From: an uncultured cyanobacterium
GTDB lineage: Bacteria; Cyanobacteriota; Cyanobacteriia; Cyanobacteriales; CAWCAG01
Assembly (NCBI GenBank): GCA_963803805.1
Contig: CAWDOD010000011.1
Coordinates: 160,001-224,000, forward strand
Direction of reading: 5' to 3'
DNA: 64,000 bases
Shown here in pieces: positions 41,385-51,687 of this stretch. The stretch's first letter is position 1; each line of letters opens with the position of its first letter. Below the pieces are notes generated by a model. It saw only the letters and a program-made list of their open reading frames with translations. It was not told where the DNA came from and made no database searches. The position numbers and the translations under genes were made by a program.

Positions 41385-41502
41385 ATTGTTATTTCCCCAT
41401 GCCAAGAATGCCAGAAATAAAGTGTTTAATGTTTAATAATCAATGATAAATGACATAAATTGGTTTATGTTGGAAGCAATTTATACTTAGTTAAATCTTC
41501 CT

Positions 41503-42465
41503 ATGCAACCCACTGTTAGTTTAATATCCGCTCAATCCTACCAAAAACAAGCACTACGCAACTCCATAGAAAAACTCCTCGAACCATTAGGAGGAATAGG
41601 TGCTTTCGTTAAAAAAGGCGATCGCGTCCTCCTTAAACCTAACTTACTTACTGCTGCCCGTCCCGGCAATGAATCTATCACTCGCCCAGAAATTGTTGCT
41701 TGTGTGGCAGAAATGGTGCAAGAAGTTGGGGGAAAACCCTTTTTCGGTGATAGTCCCGCTTTTGGTAGTGCCATGGGAGTAGCGAAAAACAACGGCTATT
41801 TACCTATGATGGAGGAAATTAATCTACCGATTGTCGAATTTCATGGTCAGCGTTATGCTACCCAGAATGATAATTTTAATCATCTACGACTTTCTAAAGA
41901 AGCTATTAACGCAGATGTTGTTATTAATTTACCCAAAGTTAAATCCCATGTTCAACTAACTATGACAATGGCAGTTAAAAATCTCTTTGGTTGTGTTCCT
42001 GGTAAAATGAAAGCTTGGTGGCATATGGAAGCAGGGAAAGATGCTAACCGTTTCGGAGAGATGTTAGTAGAAACCGCCAAAGCAATTGCCCCAGATTTAA
42101 CGATTATTGATGGTATCATTGGTCATGAAGGTAATGGTCCCAGTGGGGGAGAACCTCGCCAACTAGGGATTCTCGGCGCATCAACAAATGTGTTTGCTTT
42201 AGATAGAGCTTTATTAGAATTGCTTCAAGTTGAACCTGCTTTAGTTCCTACCGTAGCAGCGTCTCAGCGTTTAGGATTATGTCCAGAGTTAGCAGAGATT
42301 CACTTCCCTCACCAGCGCCCCGTAGATTTGCAAGTCTGCGATTGGAAACTCCCAGCAGCGCTATTACCTATAGATTTCGGTTTCCCTCGTATTCTGCGTT
42401 CAACCTTTAAACACTTCTATATTCGCTTTATTAAAGAACCCATGGCAGCTTATTCAGATAAATAA
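41503..42465 (+). CDS. DUF362 domain protein
   Basis: VLLKPNL, INLPKVKSH, AVKNLFGCVPG, HEGNGP. Confidence 0.88.
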   Translation: MQPTVSLISAQSYQKQALRNSIEKLLEPLGGIGAFVKKGDRVLLKPNLLTAARPGNESITRPEIVACVAEMVQEVGGKPFFGDSPAFGSAMGVAKNNGYLPMMEEINLPIVEFHGQRYATQNDNFNHLRLSKEAINADVVINLPKVKSHVQLTMTMAVKNLFGCVPGKMKAWWHMEAGKDANRFGEMLVETAKAIAPDLTIIDGIIGHEGNGPSGGEPRQLGILGASTNVFALDRALLELLQVEPALVPTVAASQRLGLCPELAEIHFPHQRPVDLQVCDWKLPAALLPIDFGFPRILRSTFKHFYIRFIKEPMAAYSDK

Positions 42466-42476
42466 CAGTTGAATAA

Positions 42477-42518
42477 GTAAATTAAGTTACAAACCCTAAA
42501 AAAACGTTGTTGTAAGCT
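42477..42518 (+). promoter_or_regulatory. Class II NtcA-activated promoter
   Basis: GTA-AATTAAGT-TAC (42477-42490), exactly 22 nt, then TAAGCT (-10, TAN3T). Confidence 0.85.
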
Positions 42519-42523
42519 AAGAC

Positions 42524-42576
42524 AACCCTCCGATTGCTTATATGAACCGCCCTCACCACAGCGGCGGTTTTTATTT
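42524..42576 (+). ncRNA. nsiR4: Nitrogen-stress sRNA, NsiR4-like (short form)
   Basis: Follows the NtcA promoter; ACCCTCCGATTGCT core recalled as the conserved NsiR4 segment; terminator AACCGCC-11nt-GGCGGTT plus T-run. Confidence 0.7.
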
Positions 42577-42797
42577 GGCAAAGTAGGCGGGGGTGCATCT
42601 ATGATGAATTTTGGATTTTTTTAGCTGTTGCGATCGCGGAGTTAGATCGGATTTTTACTCATATTAATGCTAGGCTTGCTGCTCAAAATGCTAATCAGTG
42701 ATTCTGAAATTTTAGGTTGAATTACTTAGTTTGTATGATGCTTCTCAAAATAGCACGGTAATATTATAGATCAAATAAGAGATGCCATAAATCTTCA

Positions 42798-44880
42798 ATG
42801 AATCCCCCATATCCTTATATTTCTCGTAAACAGGCTGAAAAGTTCATAGAAAACCTTGAAAAATCCTTAAAACAGCCTCAAGATAATCCTTTGCTGCACT
42901 ATGCCTATGGAATTGGGGGCATTGGCAAATCAACTTTGCTAGAAAAAATAGAAAGAAAATATGCTTCAGGTTGGCGATGTATCAAAGTTTCTTTTGATGT
43001 CAATTCCCGTATTGATACCCCAATCACATTGATGAAGATTATCAGCAAGGAGATATCTGATCATGTTTGGACTCATGGCAAAACTCCCTTTCAAAAAAAG
43101 TTAGAGGAATATCAGGGAACATTACATAAGCTTGAAACTGAACCAGTTGAAGGAGAATCAAAAGTTAGTAAAGAACAAAAAGAATGGGTTAAACAACTAT
43201 TTAGAGGAGGGGCAAAACTCATTGGTAAGGTAGCTGCTTCTCAAGCTGACGGTGGTATTATTTCATCTGAAATAGTAAACCCAATTTTAAATCCAGCAGT
43301 AGATTTAGCAGTAGATGCAGGAGCAAATAAAATAGAGCGTTTTAAGAAACACCAAGCCATTAAAAATAAGCCAGAATTACAGGAGTTAGTTGAAAATCCT
43401 ATACCTCAGCTTGCTAAGTCTATTATTGACACTCTAATTCAAAATTCCAAGGAAAAGCCCATACTATTATTTATTGATACTTATGAAAAAGCCTCATCTG
43501 ATTTTAATACTTTCTTATGTAAGTTTTTGCTAGCGAATGAAAAGTTACATAAAGCTCCTGTCAGAATCGTTATGGCAGGAAGATACTCTTTATACAGCCA
43601 AAGATATCAGCGAATGTTTCAGCAGCATAACAGTTTGATATCAGAAAAACAATTAGATAAGTTTACTGAAGAAGAAACGACAACTTATCTTAAAGAGATT
43701 GGCATTTTATTACCAGAACTTAGCAAAATTTGAAACCAATCAAGATGAACTTGCTGATAAGTATGAAAATCCTGATTGGTGCGAGTATGTTACAGAATCT
43801 ACTTATCATTGTCTATTTGCTAATAAAAATAAAGGACAAGTTCAATTATTAACTCACTTTTTTGAAGGTGCATATCTAAAAAAACCTGATGTAGCTATAA
43901 AATCTTTTACTGCTGTAACTGCCAAGTCAGATTTAGGAGATTATAAGCTTCTACCAGGTAATACGAAAGACTTTCTTGAATCGATTTCATTGGCAATTAT
44001 GTTTGGTTGGATGTTTGTTGATGATCATCCTGATAGTTATGGAATCAATTTAGAATCTGAGGAAGGCGAAATAAAGTCAGAAGTAAGCAATCTTTTTAAA
44101 TCTCAGATTGAATCTGCTTTGGAAAAGTGTTTTAAAGAAGTAGAACGTCTTCAAGGATTAGCAAAGTGTTTTGGTTTGTTTGGTGGTTGCTTAAGAAGTA
44201 AACAACTTAAGCAAAATTTGAATTTATTAAAACAAGCTGAAGAAGAAATAGAAAGATTAGGTACTGATAATTACTCAAAGCTGATTAGTCTTATTTTTAC
44301 CTATTTAGGCGTTACACTTGGTAAGTTAGAAAGATACGAAGAAGCTCTGACTAGCTTAGATAAAGCAATAAAATTAAACTCTAATGATTCAATTGCTTGG
44401 GAAAATAGAGGTGCTGCACTATTACAATTGGAAAGATATGAAGAAGCTTTGACTAGTTATAATCAAGCAATAGACTTGAATTCTGATGATTCAAATGCTT
44501 GGAATTGTCGAGCTTTATTCTTAAGTATTCAAGGTGATTTTGATAAAGCGATCGCCGATATAAATCAAGCCATTAAAATTGATTCAGACAAAGCAATATA
44601 TATTGCAAATAAGGGAATAATTTTAGCTCGTCAAGGTGACTATAATGAAGCTTTGAAATATTGCGACCAAGCCATATCAATGGATGCTAAAAATGAAGCT
44701 TGTTACTATGCAAAAGCTTGTTATTACGCACTGCAAAATGATGAACAGCAAACAATAGAAAATCTCAGCAAATCAATCGATATAGCTCCTCGCAGATGTC
44801 GCTTAGAAGCTAAGAACAATCCTGACTTTAACAGCTTAAAAAACAATCCACAATTTCAAGCTTTACTCAATGGCAATTAA
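42798..44880 (+). pseudogene. P-loop (AAA_16/STAND-like) ATPase-TPR protein split into two frames near 43700
   Basis: GIGGIGKSTLL Walker A and LLFIDTYE Walker B in ORF1; multiple TPRs and a terminal NPDFNSL motif in ORF2; frame change at ...AGATTGGCATTTTATTACC. Confidence 0.7.
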
Positions 44881-44980
44881 TTATTAATTCTTTTCTCAAC
44901 TTACCCTAAAAACGATTATGTAAATCTTTCACGCTAAGCAGCAAACCAATAAATAAAATATCCTCTGAAGTATAAGATTT

Positions 44981-45090
44981 TAGCAACTAGCAACTAACAA
45001 CTAACAACTAACAACCAACAACTAACAACTAGCCATTAGCCATTAGCCATTAGCAACTAGCAACTAGCCATTAGCCATTAGCCATTAGCA
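44981..45090. repeat. Heptamer STRR array (TAGCAAC/TAACAAC/TAGCCAT)
   Basis: About 15 tandem 7-mers running into the 3' end of the antiporter gene. Confidence 0.9.
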
Positions 45091-46679
45091 AAATTCCTAT
45101 TTTCAATCATCTCTTCTTCCAACGAATCAGCAAGAATTCCTTGTAATAAAGGAGAAAGATTTGTATTTAATTTACCAGCCCGAATAAACTCCGCATAAGT
45201 ATCAGCTTCGATATCTAAAAGTTGTTCTCTTAACTGTTCCATATTTAACTGCCTTAACTGGGGGTGGAGGTTTTGTAGTTTTTCAATTTCTTCCTCCACA
45301 CTGGTTAATTGTCCTTTCACCAAGCCTTGTTGGTAGCGATAAAATTCTGGGTCAATTTCTGGAGTAAGTTTAACCTTAGCTAAATAGTCTAAAACCCGAT
45401 TCAGGGCAACTCGACGGGCGATCGCTTCAGAATATTGTTGACGCAAAGGTTGATCACCAATTAAATCTAATTTTTCTAAGAAGAATTGAGTGGTCAAACC
45501 TTGCACTAAAAGGGTGAATAAAACAACCCCAAAAACTGTATCAATAATCTCTTGCCTACCAGATAAAACCACTGGTACACTTAAAGCCAAGGCAATAGAA
45601 ACAGAACCCCTCAAACCGCCCCACCAAAGTACAGTTTGTTCTCTTAAACCAATTTCGGTTTTAGCTAACCAATTGGTTAAACCTCCTAAGCCGAAAATAG
45701 TTATCCCCCTGGTTACTAATACTGCTGCGATCGCAACCAAAATTAAATCAATGTTGCTACCCAAGCTAGAAAAGTTGATTTGATTGCCGATGAGGAGAAA
45801 GACGATGGAGTTGACAAAGAAAGCGAGGAAATCCCAAAACTCAGAAACCAAAAGGCGAGTACGAGGATTCATACCGATGCGGGAACCGAAGTTACCCAAA
45901 ATCAATCCTACAGTTACCACACCAATTACACCAGAACCCCCTAACTTTTCAGCGATTAAATAAGTTCCATAGGCAGAAACCAGGGTTAAAGATTGTTCTA
46001 CTAAAGGCAAATCAAAGCGTTGAGTTAGGTAGGAGATGCCAAAACCAACTAAACAACCAATGCCAATACCAATGCCAACAAAGGTAAAGAAGCTAGTTAT
46101 CGTGTTAGCCAGGGAAAATTGTTGAGTTCCCAAGGGGATGCCTACCAATAGCAAAAAGGCAACAACCGCCACCCCATCATTAAATAAACTTTCCCCTTCC
46201 ATTAAAATGGTTAACCGCTTACCTGCCCCCAATTCCCGAAATAAAGCCACCACAGAAACCGGATCTGTTGCTGATAAACTTGCCCCAACTAACAGGGAAG
46301 TGGTTAAGGAAAGGTCTGTAAAATAGCTTAAAGCAAAAGCAACCCCCAATACCGAAATCAAAACTCCCATGGTGGCAAATAGAGTCACCGGAAACAGATT
46401 CTCTCGTAACTCTCGCCAACGAATGTTCCAAGCAGCTTCAAAAAGCAAAGGGGGCAGAAATATTTCTAAAATTAGTTCCGGAGAGAGATTAACCAGACGA
46501 ACATCAATAAAAGCCAGGGCTAATCCTACAATTACCAAAAGTAAGGTATAGGGAATTTTGCGAAACCAACTAAAAATCCTTGATACTGTGGCGACGCTTA
46601 AGGATAGACTTAAAACAATTAAAAACTGTTCTAGGCTTTGCTCAATGCTAGCATCGGCAACTGTAGCCTCTAGACTCAT
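45078..46679 (-). CDS. CPA1 (NhaP-type) Na+/H+ antiporter
   Basis: FLPPLLFEA, SATDPVSV, EGESLFNDG, GLRGSVS; multiple TM helices. Confidence 0.93.
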   Translation of the reverse strand: MSLEATVADASIEQSLEQFLIVLSLSLSVATVSRIFSWFRKIPYTLLLVIVGLALAFIDVRLVNLSPELILEIFLPPLLFEAAWNIRWRELRENLFPVTLFATMGVLISVLGVAFALSYFTDLSLTTSLLVGASLSATDPVSVVALFRELGAGKRLTILMEGESLFNDGVAVVAFLLLVGIPLGTQQFSLANTITSFFTFVGIGIGIGCLVGFGISYLTQRFDLPLVEQSLTLVSAYGTYLIAEKLGGSGVIGVVTVGLILGNFGSRIGMNPRTRLLVSEFWDFLAFFVNSIVFLLIGNQINFSSLGSNIDLILVAIAAVLVTRGITIFGLGGLTNWLAKTEIGLREQTVLWWGGLRGSVSIALALSVPVVLSGRQEIIDTVFGVVLFTLLVQGLTTQFFLEKLDLIGDQPLRQQYSEAIARRVALNRVLDYLAKVKLTPEIDPEFYRYQQGLVKGQLTSVEEEIEKLQNLHPQLRQLNMEQLREQLLDIEADTYAEFIRAGKLNTNLSPLLQGILADSLEEEMIENRNFANG

Positions 46680-46823
46680 GCAACGACTCCAAGTAGTTTA
46701 AAATTTAAGTATAATGCTCAATTTTATTACAAGTGCGATCGCTATTTTCTTTCTATCCGTCATCCGTTACTTCATCTGTTTCAGGAGTAGCAGATTGAGA
46801 GAGAAATAGTTTAAATGATACTT

Positions 46824-47602
46824 TTAAACTTCTTTCTGCACATTGCGGACTATTTTCGTCACTAACTTTCTGGGTAAAAACTTAATCAATGCAGCTAAAA
46901 ACTTATTCTGAAAACCAGGTACAATTACCGTTTTACTAGCCATCAAACCACTATAACCAATCTCGGCCACAGTTTTGGCCTCCATCAGATTTGAACCCTT
47001 AAATAACTTCGACTTTTCCACATCAGCCCTAGCTTGAAAACCTGATTTTGTTGCCCCGGACAAAGAACTGTAACCGTTACTCCTGTACCAATTAATTCAT
47101 TTGCGATCGCCTCAGAAAATGATAAAACATAAGCTTTGGTAGCGTAGTAAACTGCCATTAAAGGCCCAGGTTGAAAGGCAGCCGTGGAAGCAATATTAAG
47201 GATTTTTCCTTGTCTGCGTTGCACCATACCAGGCAGAAATAATTTAGTTAAATGAGTCAAAGCAACCATGTTAACTTGCATCATCTCTAATTCTGCTTGC
47301 AAGTCGGTTTCCGTAAATAATCCATAGGTAGCAAAACCAGCATTATTAACCAAGACATCAATAGTAATATTTTCTTCTTGTAGTTGAGAAAAGATAGTTT
47401 TAGGAGCAAAATTAATCCCTAAATCTTGCACAATCACTTTAACTTGACTACCAAACTCATTTTGCAATTTCGCTGCTAAATCTTGTAGCTTATTTTCACT
47501 TCTCGCTATTAAAACTAAATCGTAGCTGTCTTGGGCAAATAACTTACTAAGTTCATAACCAATACCACTAGATGCGCCAGTAATTAAAGCAGTTTTAGGC
47601 AT
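46824..47602 (-). CDS. Short-chain dehydrogenase/reductase, frameshifted at a G-run (47054-47057)
   Basis: TGASSGIG, NNAG, YYATK; adding one G gives LCPGATKSGFQ and joins the two ORFs. Confidence 0.85.
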
Positions 47603-47696
47603 ATTCCATACCAACTGAAACAACCAATGATAGATTTTTAATGTCGCCTGCGGCAACGCATTTGTGAAACGCCAACAATGATAAATGATATCTGAT

Positions 47697-47735
47697 TGTG
47701 GAAAAGCTGTGGAAAAACACCTTTATTTTTCCACA
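47697..47735. promoter_or_regulatory. Cluster of three cyanobacterial-type DnaA boxes (TTTTCCACA)
   Basis: TGTGGAAAA 47697-47705, TGTGGAAAA 47708-47716, TTTTCCACA 47727-47735, just downstream of dnaA. Confidence 0.8.
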
Positions 47736-47767
47736 GAGCATTTATACTTAGAGCTTTATCTAAGGAA

Positions 47768-49153
47768 TTATTGTCCAGATAAATTGAGGCGATCGCTTAA
47801 CTGTCGTAGAGTTCTATTCAAGTTAGCATCTTTCTTTTGTAGCTGAGTGATTTTTTCACAACTATACATAACTGTCGTATGGTCTTTGCCCCCAAACTCT
47901 TCACCAATTCTAGGCAAACTTAAATCAGTATGTTGTCGCATCAAATACATCGCAATTTGTCTAGCTGTACTAATTTCTCGACGACGGGAACTACTTTTGA
48001 GATCCTCAACCGGAACATTCATTGCCTCAGCCACGGTGTGCAAAATTGCCTCTGGGGAAACAGCCACCTTTTCCACAGGAGGATTCAAAATAGGGGCAAT
48101 ATTTTCTACCTGCATCGGTAAACCAGAAATAGAAATATAAGCCACTGCCCGAATCAAAGCCCCTTCTAACTGGCGAATATTAGAAGTAAAGTTGTTGGCA
48201 ATATATTCAATTACTTCCCTGGGTAAACGCATCCGTTCATATTCCGCCTTTTTTTGGAGGATTGCCACCCTAGTTTCAAAATCCGGGGCTTGAATATCAG
48301 CAATTAATCCCATCGAAAAACGAGAACATAATCTTTCTTGTAAACTCGGAATCAGATTAGGAGGACGATCAGAAGCGATCACAACTTGTTTTCCTGACTC
48401 GTGGAGGGTATTAAAAGTGTGGAAAAATTCTTCTTGGGTATATTCTTTCCCTTCAATAAACTGAATATCATCCACCAACAATACATCCGCAGCGCGATAA
48501 TGTTCTCGGAAGCTTTCCATACTATCTTGGCGAATAGCAGCAATCAAATCATTAGTAAACTGTTCTGTAGAAACATAAAAAACCTTAGCATCCTGATGGA
48601 TATCCAAGCGATAATGACCAATAGCCTGCATTAAATGGGTTTTACCTAAACCAACTCCTCCACAAAGGAAAAGGGGGTTAAATTCCCTGCCAGGGGCTTC
48701 TGCTACCGCAAGAGAAGCAGCATGGGCCATACGATTATTTGAACCTACCACAAAGCGAGAAAAGACATACTTAGGATTTAACTCGCTAGTTTTTTGATCG
48801 CGTTCACGAAGTGTCTCTGCAAGAGAATCGCCTTCTTCTTTGTCATTAGTAACAGGTATTGACCAAGCAAGATCCTTTTTAACTCCAGCATAAACATTGT
48901 CCCCCTGATCCGTAACAAGTTTAATTTCTACAGGATAACCAAGGATATCTTGCATAGCTTCAGCAATAATCTTAATGTAATACTTTTGTAACCAATTGCG
49001 CGCAAAAGGATTGGGGGCAGCAATAACAGCACAATTATCCTCTAACTTCTGAATCTGAGTCGGTTTAATCCAAGTATCAAAAGTAGGTTGACTAAGCTGT
49101 TGCTTAAGGCTTTTCAGTACTTGCTTCCAAAGCTTTTCCGGGGCTATATTCAC
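47768..49153 (-). CDS. dnaA: Chromosomal replication initiator DnaA
   Basis: [44 protein letters not shown] start at 49153 preferred. Confidence 0.98.
   Translation of the reverse strand: MNIAPEKLWKQVLKSLKQQLSQPTFDTWIKPTQIQKLEDNCAVIAAPNPFARNWLQKYYIKIIAEAMQDILGYPVEIKLVTDQGDNVYAGVKKDLAWSIPVTNDKEEGDSLAETLRERDQKTSELNPKYVFSRFVVGSNNRMAHAASLAVAEAPGREFNPLFLCGGVGLGKTHLMQAIGHYRLDIHQDAKVFYVSTEQFTNDLIAAIRQDSMESFREHYRAADVLLVDDIQFIEGKEYTQEEFFHTFNTLHESGKQVVIASDRPPNLIPSLQERLCSRFSMGLIADIQAPDFETRVAILQKKAEYERMRLPREVIEYIANNFTSNIRQLEGALIRAVAYISISGLPMQVENIAPILNPPVEKVAVSPEAILHTVAEAMNVPVEDLKSSSRRREISTARQIAMYLMRQHTDLSLPRIGEEFGGKDHTTVMYSCEKITQLQKKDANLNRTLRQLSDRLNLSGQ
48803..48826 (+). repeat. 24-bp in-frame insertion splitting a HIP1 site in dnaA
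   Basis: GCG|TTCACGAAGTGTCTCTGCAAGAGA|ATCGC; lies in the [12 protein letters not shown] segment of the domain II linker. Confidence 0.75.
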
Positions 49154-49235
49154 GGTTTTTGCCTGACGATGGGCGAAAGTGAACAATTAAGTAAAAATTA
49201 AAGTAGTTCTTAATTGATACACAAATTTTTTTCTT

Positions 49236-49766
49236 ATGGTTGAACTTCCTGAAATTGCTCAGTTGGGCAATCCTCTTTTACGGCGGATAGCGAATAAAGT
49301 TGAAAATCCTCAAGCTGAAGAAATCCACAAACTCATTGATGATCTTATTGCTAAGGCTGCTTTAACTAATGGTGTTGGTATTGCTGCCCCTCAAATCTGC
49401 CAACCTTACCGCTTATTTATTGTTGCTTCCCGTCCCAATCCTCGCTATCCCCAAGCCCCAGAAATGGAACCTACAGCAATGATTAACCCCAAAATAGTTA
49501 GCCATTCTACTAAAATGGTCAAGGATTGGGAAGGTTGCTTAAGTATACCTGGTATTCGCGGCTTAGTTCCTCGATATCAAGTTATTGAAGTAGAGTATAC
49601 CAACCAAGAAGGAATTTTACAGCGTCTGGAGTTGAGGGATTTTATTGCCCGCATTTTTCAACATGAATTAGATCACCTCAATGGCATACTCTTTGTAGAT
49701 CGTCTCGAAAGTACTCAAGATATGTTTACTGAACAAGAGTACGAGAAGCTAGTTGCTAGTTGCTAA
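49236..49766 (+). CDS. def: Peptide deformylase
   Basis: GVGIAAPQ, EGCLS, QHELDHLNG. Confidence 0.96.
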   Translation: MVELPEIAQLGNPLLRRIANKVENPQAEEIHKLIDDLIAKAALTNGVGIAAPQICQPYRLFIVASRPNPRYPQAPEMEPTAMINPKIVSHSTKMVKDWEGCLSIPGIRGLVPRYQVIEVEYTNQEGILQRLELRDFIARIFQHELDHLNGILFVDRLESTQDMFTEQEYEKLVASC

Positions 49767-49769
49767 TTG

Positions 49770-51209
49770 CTAATTGAGCATTGACAGACGTTTTTTGTCT
49801 AATCCTTTTTGATTAAGTAATAGCCAAGATTGCATCAAATCTGGACCTTGGAGTTCACCTAATAGGGCTGCCCGTAATGATCGCATTAGTAAGCCTTTTT
49901 TAATTTTCTGTTCTTTGGTTACTTGTTTAATTAGTTGTTTAGCATCGGCTTCGGTTAACTCCTCTTTTCTTGCTTCTAATGCTGTTGTAATCGCTTTTAC
50001 TGCTTCAGTTGCCCCTTCTTTTTGCAATTGGGCGATCGCCTCTTCTTTTAAAGAGAAAGCCTGATTAAAAATTTGGCGACTTTCTTCAGCAGCATCGGTT
50101 AAGCGAGTCAAACTGGGGGCGATTAAAGTTGCCAGTTGCACTAACCAAGGACGTTCCTTATCTGCATCAAATTCATATCCTGCTGCTTGCCAGTGGGGAA
50201 TTAATAAATCAACTAATTTTTCCCCAGGAATTTGGTGGAGATACTGGGAATTTAACCAATCTAGTTTATCCCAATCAAACTTAGCCCCCGCTTTATTAAC
50301 CCTGTCTAAACTAAACTTTTCTGCGGCTTGGGAGAGAGTAAAAATTTCTTCGGTAGCATCGGGAGGAGTCCAACCTAACAAAGTCATGTAATTAGTTAAG
50401 GCTTCAGGTAAAAAGCCCATTTTTTTGAAATCATCAATAGATGTTACCCCATCTCTTTTAGAAAGTTTCTTCCCTTCTTGATTCAAAATCAAAGGAGTGT
50501 GGGCAAATACGGGAACTTCAGCACCCATTGCTTCGTAAAGTAAAATCTGCTTAGCGGTATTAGCAATATGATCTTCGCCACGAACAACATGGGTAATACC
50601 CATATCTACATCATCGACTACCACCGCTAGGTTATATAAAGGCTGACCAAAGTCTTCTTGTTCTGAAGTACGGGCAATAACCATATCTCCGCCCAAGTCG
50701 CTACCTTGCCAAGTAACTTGATCCCTAATTTGATCTTGCCAAACAATTTTCCGACTATCATCAATTTTAAAACGAATTACCGGACGACGACCTTCTGCTT
50801 CAAAAGCGGCTTTTTGTTCATCGGTTAAATTACGGTGACGATTATCATAACGGGGGGCTTGTTTTTTCGCCCTTTGTTCTTCCCGCAGTTGATTTAGTTC
50901 TGCTTCTGTACAATAGCAATGATAAGCTAAACCCTTGTCAATTAAAGTTTGGATCGCTTTTTGATATAGTTCCAAACGTTGAGACTGGAAAAAAGGCCCT
51001 TCGTCCCAATCCATCCCTAACCAGGTTAAGCCCTCAAGGATATTTTCGGTAAATTCAGGGCGCGATCGCGATTGATCTGTATCTTCAATGCGTAAAATGA
51101 ATTTACCACTTTGGTGGCGGGCAAATAGCCAGTTGAATACTGCTGTTCTGGCTGTACCAATATGGAGGTTTCCAGTGGGGCTTGGGGCAATGCGAACTCG
51201 AACGGTCAT
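49770..51209 (-). CDS. gltX: Glutamate--tRNA ligase
   Basis: [23 protein letters not shown]. Confidence 0.98.
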   Translation of the reverse strand: MTVRVRIAPSPTGNLHIGTARTAVFNWLFARHQSGKFILRIEDTDQSRSRPEFTENILEGLTWLGMDWDEGPFFQSQRLELYQKAIQTLIDKGLAYHCYCTEAELNQLREEQRAKKQAPRYDNRHRNLTDEQKAAFEAEGRRPVIRFKIDDSRKIVWQDQIRDQVTWQGSDLGGDMVIARTSEQEDFGQPLYNLAVVVDDVDMGITHVVRGEDHIANTAKQILLYEAMGAEVPVFAHTPLILNQEGKKLSKRDGVTSIDDFKKMGFLPEALTNYMTLLGWTPPDATEEIFTLSQAAEKFSLDRVNKAGAKFDWDKLDWLNSQYLHQIPGEKLVDLLIPHWQAAGYEFDADKERPWLVQLATLIAPSLTRLTDAAEESRQIFNQAFSLKEEAIAQLQKEGATEAVKAITTALEARKEELTEADAKQLIKQVTKEQKIKKGLLMRSLRAALLGELQGPDLMQSWLLLNQKGLDKKRLSMLN

Positions 51210-51321
51210 TCAGTGTTTACTAAAGATTGTTGATTAGTGTAGCTAAGTTAAATGTAGAAGATTTTCAGTTAACTTCTCTACTTTTTATTATTTTACGGGA
51301 CTGACTAGGGAGTAAATAACA

Positions 51322-51522
51322 GTGATTACCCAGATCCAACTAAGAAACTTCAAAAGCTATATATTTAGAACTTTGTATCTTGCGCGGCTGACGGTTTTAG
51401 TTGGGGCTAATGCTTCTGGAAAACTTTTAGAACGCTTTGTCAAGGATCATCCAGGGGCTGAGAAAAAGAAACAAAAAGCTATGGAATGGTTGGCTTCTCT
51501 GAGTGGTAGGGGAGAAAGCTGA
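51322..51522 (+). pseudogene. Collapsed AAA/ABC-type ATPase remnant
   Basis: MITQIQLRNFKSY...LTVLVGANASGK (N-terminus up to Walker A) fused directly to a C-terminal-looking tail. Confidence 0.65.
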
Positions 51523-51525
51523 ATA

Positions 51526-51654
51526 ATGAGTCCAGTCGCAATCGTTGATACTTCTATCTTCTGCAATGTGCTTGACATTCCGCATATGAATGGGGAAAGA
51601 GAAAAAATAATAGAAGAATTGAAGCAATTTTTAGAAAATGGGACAACTCAGTGA
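51526..51654 (+). pseudogene. N-terminal fragment of a PIN-like protein
   Basis: Manual translation MSPVAIVDTSIFCNVLDIPHMNGEREKIIEELKQFLENGTTQ*; xxDTS motif. Confidence 0.5.
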
Positions 51655-51687
51655 CAGGAACAATCGCCGTCTTGAAGATGCTTTGTT

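Noticed and set aside
47644-47670. Fifth copy of the 24-bp element (GCCTGCGGCAACGCATTTGTGAA)
   Set aside because: Resembles the family but is degenerate, and no clean GATC empty site can be reconstructed.
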